Below, piece by piece: positions 21,761 to 31,462 of a DNA stretch of 64,000 bases. The notes under the pieces are model-generated. The model saw nothing but the letters and a program-made list of their open reading frames with translations, ran no database searches and had not been told where the DNA came from. This stretch comes from Spirochaetia bacterium. GTDB taxonomy: Bacteria > Spirochaetota > Spirochaetia > DSM-16054 > Sediminispirochaetaceae. The DNA lies in NCBI GenBank assembly GCA_034520965.1, contig JAXHMY010000002.1, forward strand, positions 288,001 through 352,000, written 5' to 3'. Positions within the stretch are counted from its first letter, which is position 1. The number at the start of each line of letters is the position of its first letter. A program made the translations under genes and the position numbers.

Positions 21761-22300
21761 ATGATAACTTTAATCGCGCGCTTTATCGCAGCGCTGAATG
21801 CAAACAGCCGTCCCGGAGAGATTGCCGCAGGTTTTGCGTGCGGTATTCTATTGGCACTTATCCCATTCGGAAATCTATTATGGTTTCTTCTTTTTGCAGT
21901 ATTCTTTTTACTGAAGCTACATGCAGGTACTCTACTGTTTACCGCTGTACTGTTCAAACTGTTTATTGGTGTGATGGATCCGCTCGTTGATTCGTTTGGC
22001 ATCAGCATCCTGACCCAGCCATCTTTGAACCCCTACTTCACCTCAGCTATGAATACTCCCGTTCTCCCACTTATGGAATTTAACAACTCTTTAGTGATTG
22101 GAGGATTGGCAATAGGACTGTTATTGTGGCTCCCACTTTTTTATGGGGGGCGAGTGGCAGTAAAAAGCTATCGCAAAGGTATTCGTGATAAACTGGCTTC
22201 AAGCAAAATAGTAAAAACCTTTGAAAAAGTTCCCTGGATAAGAAAACTAACAACGGCGATACGAAAAAGCACAGCCATATATCAAGGGTGGAGTTCATGA
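21761..22300 (+). CDS. TIGR03546-family membrane protein
   Basis: ALNANSRPGEIAAG, FNNSLVIGGL motifs; precedes a TIGR03545-like gene. Confidence 0.75.
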   Translation: MITLIARFIAALNANSRPGEIAAGFACGILLALIPFGNLLWFLLFAVFFLLKLHAGTLLFTAVLFKLFIGVMDPLVDSFGISILTQPSLNPYFTSAMNTPVLPLMEFNNSLVIGGLAIGLLLWLPLFYGGRVAVKSYRKGIRDKLASSKIVKTFEKVPWIRKLTTAIRKSTAIYQGWSS

Positions 22301-24446
22301 ACAGCAAAAAGCGCATACCTAAGCTATTTAGAAAGCCGATTCCACCCAAAAAGTTTAACCATCACATAGCTCGACGTATTCATGTACCGAGGGAACTCGA
22401 TTTTCTCAATTCAAAGCTCACTCAAGATGGTCAGGGTAACGATCTACTCGATACCTAGCAGAAGCTGCGAAAAGACGATTCAAAACGGCTTACACACCTA
22501 AAGCAAAGCCATTAAAAAGAATAAGGGCTTGATAGTTGGATGGAAAGCGGCCATTTTAGTTGTTATTTTGGCCGGAACCCTCGGGTTCAACTATTTTCTT
22601 AAAAACAGGCTAATTAAAACGGGCGTAAAAAGCTATTTACAAGGAATATTTCTGGCTCAGGTGGAGCTTGAATCGCCTGATTTATCGCTACTGGCGGGAA
22701 CACTTTCCTTCGAACACCTTAGTATTGCCGATGCTGACCAACCGATGCAGAATCTTATTGAAATCGGCCGGAGTACTTTATCAATCGATGTAGGTCGCCT
22801 ACTATCAAAAAAAATAATCATCAACGAAGCTTCTTCTCGGGAGATACAGTTTAAGACTCCGCGCAGCACCTCAGGTGCATTACCAGCTTCGGAGCGAGAG
22901 GATACAGAAGACGGGCAATCAGACACTGCCGACGGAGAAAGCCTCTCTGGTACAGCTGCCGGTGCCATAGAGCAAGCGGGAGCTCTCGGGATAGAGATAG
23001 GCCGCGACAGCGCTGAAAGTCTTATCCGGTCATACCAAGACTCGCTGCAGAGTCCTGACTTGATTGACGAGGTCAATGCCCGCTATCGGGATAGCCGTCA
23101 GAAGTGGGGAGGAACGGGTCGAAACTGTGCAGCGACAAATTGATTCTGTTGAAAACCGGACAGAGCAAGTGCTTGCAACCGATATATCTTCTATTGACAG
23201 TATCGAAAAAGCCAAGGATCACCTCTCGAATCTGAAAAGCCTGAAGGGTACAGCAGAGTCTGCCGGCAAGACGGCTGAAACAGCATATAGCGCCTTCCAG
23301 GAAGATACCCGCTTCCTCGGAGAAAGCCGAAGTTCGATTGAAGAGGCAATTAAGAAGGATATAGAATTTTTGGAATCAGCAGTCGGAAACTTTGCTACGG
23401 ATACCCTGCAGGTGGTAGCCGACACGGCAAAGCCCATTTTGCGTACAAAGTTCGACACACTCTTTGAATATAGCGAACGTATAGGACGAACATTTTCACA
23501 AATAAAATCAACCTCGACCCAAAAGCAAAGTAAATTTGCCGATAGAGGTCGCAGCGGCACAACTGTCCGATTTCCAATGAAAGACTACCCGGCTTTTCTG
23601 TTGAAAAACTTTGAACTCTCAAGCGGCACTGCAGCCACCGGAGATGTACAGACATTGAAGATTCACGACCTTACTGGAGACCAGGACACGTGGGGAAGAC
23701 CAACCTCTGTTGAGCTTAGCTCAGATACAATAGGGGGCGGCATGAATACACAACTTACCATCGATGCCCGAAAGCAAGTTGAATCATTACTGACTGGAGA
23801 TATAACTTTGCATAGGGTTCCGGTTTCTCTTTCAGAGGGATTAAGTTCTTTGTCGATCAACTCACTTGCAGCTGACAGTCGCAACCAAATAGAACTTTCT
23901 ATGCAGCCGGATCTCTCGGGCCGGGGAAAAGCATTTATCGAACTAAGTAAACTTGAGTTTACCTTTAGCAAAGATGCACATGTAATAGGTGAGGCTCTTC
24001 GGAATATTCTTAGCGGGATAGAAACAACTGCGCTCGAGGTCGAGTTTGAATTTTCCGAGGGACAGATCAGCAGCCTGCAGGTTGCATCAGAGCTCGATCA
24101 GGTATTGTCCCAGAGGGTCGCAAATTACGCGGAAGAACAGGCCCGAGTAGCAGCGGCAAAAATGGAAGCGGCCATGTATGACTATCTCGAAGAGGAACTT
24201 GCAACTAACTCCATGCTTAGTGAGGAACTTAGCCAGAAAGGCCGCCGTCTTTTAGAGGAAATTAAAACGGCTGAAAACTTAGACCAGCTAATCGAAGCCG
24301 AGCAGGAACAGAGAAACGACTCGCTCAGTAACAGAATTGAACAGAATCTGAGAGATGAAGTTGACAAGCAAGCCGATACATTGAAAGATGGGTCCGGAGA
24401 AGCAGTCAAAGAACTTGGGGGAAACCTGAATATTCCCGGCTTTTAA
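22297..24446 (+). CDS. TIGR03545-like (AsmA-like) protein, several frameshifts
   Basis: Three consecutive ORF pieces; IADADQPMQNLIE, FKTPRSTSGAL, GTTVRFP motifs. Confidence 0.65.
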
Positions 24447-24461
24447 ATGCTGCACGCTTAC

Positions 24462-24526
24462 ACATTGAACCAAAACATTGAACCAAAACATTGAACCAAA
24501 ACATTGAAATAAAACATTGAACTAAA
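24462..24526 (+). repeat. 13-bp tandem repeat x5 (ACATTGAACCAAA)
   Basis: Three exact copies plus ACATTGAAATAAA and ACATTGAACTAAA, ending at the RBS of the next gene. Confidence 0.95.
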
Positions 24527-24537
24527 AAGGATTGGAC

Positions 24538-25451
24538 ATGGACTGGCAACAACTCATGCAACTTATTACTCCTGCGGTGGAGTCGAGCTTATCAGGTCTC
24601 CCGTTTTATACAGCACTTTTGGCAATCGGTTTAGGAATAGGGGTTCTCACCGGTTTTTTTGGGGTGGGAGGCGGATTCTTAGTAGTTCCGATTCTAAATG
24701 TGCTGTTGGGTATAAACTATGAAATTGCCGTTGGCAGCAGTTTAAGTTTTATTATCGGAACCAGCTTTGCAGGCCTAGTTAAGCAGCGCAAGTTGGGGAA
24801 TGTGCACTTTCGAGTCGCCGGGTACATTATTATAGGCAGCGTTTTAGGGGCGGTTCTGGGCGATTCTCTGCAGATGTTTCTTCTATACGGATTGGCCGGT
24901 GGAAACACTGAAATGTTTACAGTTTTCATGCATTCCATCTTCATTGTAGTACTCATTGGAACTATTTTTGCCATGCGCACACCGGGAGAGTCAGAAACCG
25001 CGCAACTCCCCCTTTTAGCCAGGCTTGGCCCCGGCCCTAAATTTCAAATTGAAGAGTGGGGCTCACATGGTTTCAGTGTGCCCGGTTCTTTCATAGTCGG
25101 ACTTTTAATTGGGATCTTTACCGGTTTACTAGGGCATCGGCGGGGGTGTGATGCTGGTACCGGTTCTATTAGGTCTGACATGGGCTCTCCCATCAAAAGG
25201 CCGCCGGTACAAGTTTAGCCATTATCTTTGCAACTTCCGTGGTTGCCGTGATAAAAAAGAGTTTCTCAGATGTACCAAAGATTAGTCTGCCCTTAACCAT
25301 AATTCTGCTCGTTGCCAGCCTGGTGGGTGTTCAGGTTGGAATATTTCTAGTTCGACGTATCTCAGGGGCCGGTTTTCGCCGCTATTTTATCTACGTACTG
25401 ATAGCCGCCATAACTATGATTGCCTTCGATTTAGTCGGCACGCTTTTATAG
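24538..25451 (+). CDS. Sulfite exporter TauE/SafE family, frameshifted near 25135-25180
   Basis: GFFGVGGGFLVVP, AVGSSL; second repeat TGLLG(IGGG) breaks frame and resumes as AAGTSL. Confidence 0.8.
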
Positions 25452-25596
25452 CGGATCAAACTAGAAGTAAGCGGGTCAGCGTGGTGATTTTCTGAAAAAT
25501 AAATATAATTTTTTTCTATACTCTTTCAAAAGCTGTTTTTGGTAATTATACTAGTAATAGGATTAATTTACTAATTTGGACATAACGGGATAGAAA

Positions 25597-26247
25597 ATGT
25601 ATATACAAACCTCTACACAAGAGAAACTTACCCTTGGAATCGGCAATTACCAGTGTAACTGGGGCATCCATATTGCCGGACTTTACGAAACTGAAGCTGA
25701 GCGAGAGGAAATTGTTATGGGGTACCTTCATCAAGGCGACATTGACGGTGACCTGCAACTGTATTCTCCGGTTGAACACAGTGTCGAAGATTTTCAGCAC
25801 AGCTACTCCAAAGCCTATCCACAGTGCAGCGCACATCTCTACAATGAGCAGCATTTCCAGGTAAGCAGTGCAGAAAAGCTGTATTATCCGGACGGGACAT
25901 TTTCTCCGTGGAAAATGGACGAGAATTTAGACGCATTCTACCGGAAAAGCCAAAAAGCCGGTCGCAGAAATGTGCGAGCCACTGCAGACATGGTATGGGC
26001 TCTCAAGGCTATCCCAGGAACTGAGCACCTAATGGCTTACGAATCAAAACTTAATTATTTTATTCCCGGAAAGCCGTGGATTAGCCTCTGCCTCTACAAT
26101 ATCACTAATTTCGATGGGGCAACTATCATGAATGTGCTGCGCACTCATCCTTATACATTAAATGGCGGTGTTCTTACAGAAAACCCCTACTATCAGGATC
26201 CCGATATTTGGCTTGCAGATAACGCGCCTCAGTTCTTAAATCACTAA
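25597..26247 (+). CDS. Stand-alone MEDS-domain protein
   Basis: WGIHIAGLYE, RATADMVWAL, LMAYESKLN, LCLYN..F......VLRTHP. Confidence 0.8.
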   Translation: MYIQTSTQEKLTLGIGNYQCNWGIHIAGLYETEAEREEIVMGYLHQGDIDGDLQLYSPVEHSVEDFQHSYSKAYPQCSAHLYNEQHFQVSSAEKLYYPDGTFSPWKMDENLDAFYRKSQKAGRRNVRATADMVWALKAIPGTEHLMAYESKLNYFIPGKPWISLCLYNITNFDGATIMNVLRTHPYTLNGGVLTENPYYQDPDIWLADNAPQFLNH

Positions 26248-26252
26248 CAAAT

Positions 26253-27650
26253 ATGCACGACACACACATAGAACATGAGCTATTTTTACTTATGCTTCAC
26301 TTATCACAACGTAAAAGTGTTTTTGAAATAAAAAGAACCTTCATTGAAGCACTGCAATCCTTATGGCCGACATTTCAATTTTGGGAAACCTCAGAAAATG
26401 AACAGCCTTTTAAGGACGAAGCAGACATGACCGTCGCCACAATTGAAATTGCTACTACCCAGCACTTCTTCGGGAGGCTCAGCTACAAAGATGAGACTTC
26501 TGAGATTAGTTCTGAAGATCATTCGCTGATTAGAAACGCAGCCCACATGACCGCAATTATCATGGCTAATCTGTATCAAAACCAACAACGGCAGCACGAA
26601 ATTCAAGCTCAGGAACGGCTGCGTTACGAGAGCTATTTCAACAATGCCTTCGATAAAGTTCGTCTGTATGCCCTGACGTATGACACCGAGGGAACGATTC
26701 TGTTTTGCAACCAGTATTTTATAGAAAAGACCGGCTGGAGTCATGCAGAAATCATAGGAAAAAACTGGTTCGAATTAGGCGCATTGGAACATCAGAAAAA
26801 ACACATCGATGCTGCGACTTTCAAAACCGCAATTCAAGATCACACCCTGCCCCCACACCATGAAAATCTGATCTACACTAAATCAGGCGAAAAGAGATAT
26901 GTACTCTGGAACAATGTCCTACTGTATGATGATCAGCAGCGGGTGCATTCTATTACCACCATCGGTGCGGACCTGACCGATCAGAAAATGGCCGAAAAAC
27001 AACTCAGAGAAGAGCTGAATGAAAAGACAACCCTTATTAAAGAGATCCATCACCGGGTAAAGAACAATCTAAATGTGGTTACCAGCCTGCTGAATCTGCA
27101 GAAAAATGAAATCATCGATATAGAATCAGCTAAGGCTGCTTTTGAGGAGAGTCAAAAACGGATAATTACCATGGCCCTTGTCCATGAAGACCTCTACCAA
27201 TCAGCGAAACTTTCCGAGATAGATATGTCCTCGTATGTCCACAGTCTCGTCTCAAGACAGCGCGAACTATTCTCTGCTCAAGGCAATATACGCTTCAAGC
27301 TTGATATTCAAAGTGTTTCTTTGGACATAACCAAGGCAGTACCCATAGGCCTAATTATTAACGAGCTGTTGTCAAATGCCTGCAGCCACGCTTTTACCAA
27401 AAAGCAGGAAGCGGTCATTTCCATCAGTCTCGGGCAGAAGGATACCGGGAGGTGTACATTGAAGTTTCATGACAACGGATGTGGACTCCCGGATAACTTC
27501 GATATCAATAAACAGAATTCACTCGGATTGAATCTGGTCAATATCCTCACACAACAGATTGACGGCAGCTTACGCTGCTTCAATAACGAGGGTGCAACTT
27601 TTTATATAGAGTTTCCCAATTCGGAGGAATCCCCACATGCCGGTGATTAG
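26253..27650 (+). CDS. PAS-domain sensor histidine kinase (HisKA_2 type)
   Basis: EIHHRVKNNL, NELLSNA, DNGCG, LGL motifs. Confidence 0.9.
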   Translation: MHDTHIEHELFLLMLHLSQRKSVFEIKRTFIEALQSLWPTFQFWETSENEQPFKDEADMTVATIEIATTQHFFGRLSYKDETSEISSEDHSLIRNAAHMTAIIMANLYQNQQRQHEIQAQERLRYESYFNNAFDKVRLYALTYDTEGTILFCNQYFIEKTGWSHAEIIGKNWFELGALEHQKKHIDAATFKTAIQDHTLPPHHENLIYTKSGEKRYVLWNNVLLYDDQQRVHSITTIGADLTDQKMAEKQLREELNEKTTLIKEIHHRVKNNLNVVTSLLNLQKNEIIDIESAKAAFEESQKRIITMALVHEDLYQSAKLSEIDMSSYVHSLVSRQRELFSAQGNIRFKLDIQSVSLDITKAVPIGLIINELLSNACSHAFTKKQEAVISISLGQKDTGRCTLKFHDNGCGLPDNFDINKQNSLGLNLVNILTQQIDGSLRCFNNEGATFYIEFPNSEESPHAGD

Positions 27651-27740
27651 TTTACATGAGCCCTGCCGTCTATCTCTATATTCTGGGCTTTCTGGTGCAG
27701 CAGGCTAATTGCCTGATACCACATGTACGCGGATGCCCGC
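27640..27740 (+). repeat. Left copy of a 101-bp direct repeat (duplicated 3' end of the acyltransferase gene)
   Basis: Matches 30184-30284 with 3 mismatches. Confidence 0.95.
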
Positions 27741-27934
27741 CCCACCTCGGTGATGGAGTAGGGAAAGTCAAGACTCGGGTGTGGATAATCCAAACAGCAA
27801 GAAAAAGAACAGCGGTATAGACAAGTGTTAAAACTTTTCTTGATTCAGGCATCAAGATAGTATTAAACTTTAAATAAAGAAGCTCGCAAAAACAATCGAG
27901 GTTACTGCCGATTCTTGACCATGGAGGAATATGT

Positions 27935-28033
27935 ATGGTGCCCGATTATATACAAAGACTCTCCGATACCCTGTGGGAGATATCACCGGACTTCAAACAG
28001 GGGATGCAGGAAAATAAAGAAGGAAAATTTTGA
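27935..28033 (+). pseudogene. Short fragment resembling the N-terminus of RtcB
   Basis: GGAGG RBS then MVPDYIQRLSDTLWEISPDFKQGMQ..., stop after 32 codons. Confidence 0.4.
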
Positions 28034-28178
28034 TTTTTTAACATTACATTACTATAATTATAATGTATGATAAAGAAATCAAGCATAAACAGCCAGAGAT
28101 CTTCGGTGCCTTTTTCTCTCTTGGAACTCGATACCACAGCTTTTCACGCAGTAGTGGTCAGAATGGAAACCCCTCCCA

Positions 28179-28415
28179 ATGGGAAGACTTCAAACGCCTT
28201 GGGCGTGGGCTGATGCATTCGAAGGACAGCTCACCCCTGCAGAGCTTTCTGTGGCGGGGGCGGCGGTATCCGGCCTGAGCGATCGTGAGATTGCCAAGCA
28301 GCGGGGCTCTGCAGCACGGACAGTAGCCGTTCAGCTCCGTTCGATCTATGGGAAACTGGGTATCTCCTCGAGAACCGAATTGGCAGCCGTGTTTGACGGA
28401 GGGCTTTGCCCTTGA
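28179..28415 (+). CDS. Small LuxR-type HTH protein (start uncertain)
   Basis: LTPAELSV....GLSDREIAKQRGSAARTVAVQLRSIYGKLGISSRTEL. Confidence 0.75.
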   Translation: MGRLQTPWAWADAFEGQLTPAELSVAGAAVSGLSDREIAKQRGSAARTVAVQLRSIYGKLGISSRTELAAVFDGGLCP

Positions 28416-29449
28416 GCAATCTCGTACTAACACCTCGCTTTCACGAGCTGCTGGAACACACCTACCGTCTTGATGTAGAGCCGCAGCAGTGGCAGCGACG
28501 CCTTACGGAAGAAATCCGAAACCGTTTTCCCTTCGGTCCGGGGGTCCTCTCCTACGAGTTCGATATTCGCCGTCCGGAGAAGAGGGTCTTCCTTGGTCGG
28601 GTTATGGGAGTGGGCGATATAGAGGGCTTCACTGAACAGACCGCGCAGGTGCACGACTCCCTCGACTCGGATCTCTACCGACAGCTGTTGGAGGGGCTCG
28701 GAACCCATGCAGCCACCATCCGGGAGGCCCTGGAGAAGCTCGATGTCGATATGTCCGTGTTAACCCCCGTAGAGCAGTCTATCGAACCCCTAGGGTTCCA
28801 AGATATATGGGGAGTGTGCTCCATGAATCCTGATGCCGTCGGTATCGTGTTTGCCGTGCCCCTCCTCGAGAGGGAAGCAGTAAGGGACGTAGATCGCCGG
28901 GCATGGACGAAGGTGGGGGTGCACATAGCCGCCGCGCATCGTCTGCAGCGGCGACTCCGCCGGAACCCCGGTTTTGAGGACGCGGAGGGAATCTTCCGGG
29001 CCGACGGCAGAGAGGTGCAGCTCGGGGGTCCTGCGATAGACGAACGCGATGCCCTTAGCCGCTTCATCCGTACAGTAGACAGGGCCAGAGCGCACGACTA
29101 CCGCAGCGGGGAAGATTCAACCCTCGATGTATGGGAGGGGCTGCTGCGGGGTCGCTGGAGCCTTGTCGACCATATAGACAGCGACGGTGCACACTACCTG
29201 CTGGCGATACGTAACGATCCCGATGCCGAGGCGCCGCATACCCTTTCCCGTCGAGAGGCTCAGGTGGCAAGCTACGCCGCCCAGGGCCATATGAATAAAG
29301 AGATAGCCTACGAACTCGGCCTGGCCGCCTCTACGGTGGCGAGCCATCTGTCGAAAGCCCTCATAAAGCTCAAACTTGGTTCGCGAACCGAGTTGGTGTG
29401 GCTTTACGGGCGCCTGCAGGGCGGGATCAAGACACAGGGCGAACAGTAG
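28406..29449 (+). CDS. LuxR-family regulator with a large N-terminal domain
   Basis: C-terminal LSRREAQVA...NKEIAYELGL..STVASHL; WEGLLRGRWSLVDH segment. Confidence 0.85.
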   Translation: MPLSNLVLTPRFHELLEHTYRLDVEPQQWQRRLTEEIRNRFPFGPGVLSYEFDIRRPEKRVFLGRVMGVGDIEGFTEQTAQVHDSLDSDLYRQLLEGLGTHAATIREALEKLDVDMSVLTPVEQSIEPLGFQDIWGVCSMNPDAVGIVFAVPLLEREAVRDVDRRAWTKVGVHIAAAHRLQRRLRRNPGFEDAEGIFRADGREVQLGGPAIDERDALSRFIRTVDRARAHDYRSGEDSTLDVWEGLLRGRWSLVDHIDSDGAHYLLAIRNDPDAEAPHTLSRREAQVASYAAQGHMNKEIAYELGLAASTVASHLSKALIKLKLGSRTELVWLYGRLQGGIKTQGEQ

Positions 29450-29591
29450 GACTGCCCGGCCTACCCCCTTCCATTCACCTATCTTTACAGCCGTTCCTCT
29501 TAACTCCCGACCCTACCCTGGACAAATTGACTATGTGTAAACCGCCGGGAAGGCAGTATTCTTGAGTTAGTTTTAATAATGAGAGGTTTGT

Positions 29592-30041
29592 ATGAACCGA
29601 ATGAGTAAGATGTTTTTTGTACTGGCGCTAACCGGCCTGGCACTTTTTATGATTGGCTGCGAGAACCCGATATCGAGCGACGAGAACGGGGGTGACGAAA
29701 GCGGCACTTCGAAGGACGCCCGGTCTTTTGACCTGGTTCTCGAGTCGAATCCTAACACAAAACTGGGTACGGTAGCGACTGAGAGGATTACCGCAGAGGA
29801 TGACGCGTACATAGATGACGGCTTCTTTATCGTAGTGAGCATAGACGATGGTGTCTCCTATCCAGAGCCGTATGACATTTTCATGGAAGAGGGTACGGGA
29901 GTGTGCGGTACCTGGGATGTATATGAAGATGAACAAGGAGAGATGCCCTGCGACTATGATGTTTTCTTAGAGGACACTTCGGCGTTAGATGTAACGAGCG
30001 AAGACGGGAATGGTGAGAAGGCCGTTTTGCAAGCTCAGTAA
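29592..30041 (+). CDS. Acidic lipoprotein of unknown function
   Basis: Hydrophobic leader ending MIG-C (lipobox-like), GAGG RBS, D/E-rich body. Confidence 0.7.
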   Translation: MNRMSKMFFVLALTGLALFMIGCENPISSDENGGDESGTSKDARSFDLVLESNPNTKLGTVATERITAEDDAYIDDGFFIVVSIDDGVSYPEPYDIFMEEGTGVCGTWDVYEDEQGEMPCDYDVFLEDTSALDVTSEDGNGEKAVLQAQ

Positions 30042-30107
30042 TACCTTGCTCCCAAAGCTAAAGCCTCAGCTTCATATTCGCCGCATTTAGGGGTATAACA
30101 GAGGAGG

Positions 30108-30194
30108 GGAATCAAGGTCACGTCGGTGGAAATAAAGGATGTAGAAATCCCCTCTGAAATGCAGCATGCTACCGCCCGCCAGACCGGTGCTTAA
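30108..30194 (+). pseudogene. SPFH/stomatin-like gene fragment
   Basis: Translates GIKVTSVEIKDVEIPSEMQHATARQ, matching the band-7 motif; no start codon. Confidence 0.6.
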
Positions 30195-30284
30195 TTTACA
30201 TGAGCCCTGCCGTCTATCTCTATATTCTGGGCTTTCTGGTGCAGCAGACTAATTGCCTGATACCACATGTACGCGGATGCCCGC
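30184..30284 (+). repeat. Right copy of the 101-bp direct repeat
   Basis: Matches 27640-27740; supplies the stop codon of the acyltransferase gene. Confidence 0.95.
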
Positions 30285-31462
30285 AGATTAAGAAAATCCA
30301 AACGGTAGAGGGAGTTCTTGTGATAAAACTCCAGCTTTTCTTTATTTTGTACGTTCTCCCCGAAGATCTCTTCAATCGGAAAATACTTAGTTTTGCCGAC
30401 GGTGGTATGGAACTCTATGCCACTGGGATAAAAATAGGCTCGGCCGGTGTTCAAACGCTTAAGCGGCTCTGACCGATAACCTCGCCACAAAATAGCCGGC
30501 CCCTCTTCAAACAGGGGGGTGGTAGTGTTCATATCCCGGCTTAGATACTCAATAAAATACTTAATTTGCCAATCATTCCATTCTGAAATAGAGGTATAGA
30601 CCAGAGGACCGTTGACAGGTTGTAATATACCATATTCATCATAGCGAAAGCTGTAGCCGCATTCACGGCATTCGGCTGTATCACCTTGAGAATAGAACGA
30701 GGCAATTGCTTTACAGTGCGGGCAGACAAACAACACACGTTCGATATACTCCGCCGGGTGCTTTCCAAAAAAACGTATGCGCTGAGTTCGATTCCACTCT
30801 AGTTCGTTATGTTCAATGCGCTCTTCCAAGATTCGCCTGCACGTCTCACCATCAATCTCCCTCAACTCCTCCGATGTAAAAACTGTCTTGTACTCAAGGA
30901 ATACTTTTCCGCGACGGAGGCCGCGGGCCCATCGAGGTTTAGACAGGTACCCGCCTCTAACGACAACACCGATCACCGGCAACTTTAATTTATGAATCAG
31001 CCTTGAAACAGTGGGCACATGGCGAAGGGAACGCCCATCCCAGGTACTGTTCCCTTCTGGAAAAACTCCTATTACACCACCGCGCTTCACAATCCGAATT
31101 ATCTGTGCCACTGTTGTGGTATCGGTTATGAACTTGCTTGTGGGTATTGAGCCTAATAATTTCATAAGAATTTGAAAGATTCTGGTGCGAAACACACTGT
31201 CGGAGGCGATAAACTGAATATCCTGATGCAGAAAAGAGCCCAGAAAAAAAGGGTCCCAGTAGTTCACATGATTGCCCACTACGATGTAAGGGGGTTTGAT
31301 ATCCTTCAGCCCAACTTTATCTTCAATTTCCAGGTTATACCGGTGCTTTAAAATGATATGGATGATAGGACGGATAACCTTCACAAACAATGGGTTTGGT
31401 GTAATAGTCCGTTTTGCAGTTCTCTTTTTAAGGGTGGCATTCTGGGTGTTAGATTTTTGCAT
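30191..31462 (-). CDS. PlsC-type lysophospholipid acyltransferase with a C-terminal Zn-ribbon region
   Basis: NHVNYWD, FPEG motifs; CPHC...CRECG. Confidence 0.85.
   Translation of the reverse strand: MQKSNTQNATLKKRTAKRTITPNPLFVKVIRPIIHIILKHRYNLEIEDKVGLKDIKPPYIVVGNHVNYWDPFFLGSFLHQDIQFIASDSVFRTRIFQILMKLLGSIPTSKFITDTTTVAQIIRIVKRGGVIGVFPEGNSTWDGRSLRHVPTVSRLIHKLKLPVIGVVVRGGYLSKPRWARGLRRGKVFLEYKTVFTSEELREIDGETCRRILEERIEHNELEWNRTQRIRFFGKHPAEYIERVLFVCPHCKAIASFYSQGDTAECRECGYSFRYDEYGILQPVNGPLVYTSISEWNDWQIKYFIEYLSRDMNTTTPLFEEGPAILWRGYRSEPLKRLNTGRAYFYPSGIEFHTTVGKTKYFPIEEIFGENVQNKEKLEFYHKNSLYRLDFLNLRASAYMWYQAISLLHQKAQNIEIDGRAHVN

Noticed and set aside
24462..24526. Possible CRISPR array
   Set aside because: Units are contiguous 13-mers without spacers, and there are no cas genes in the window
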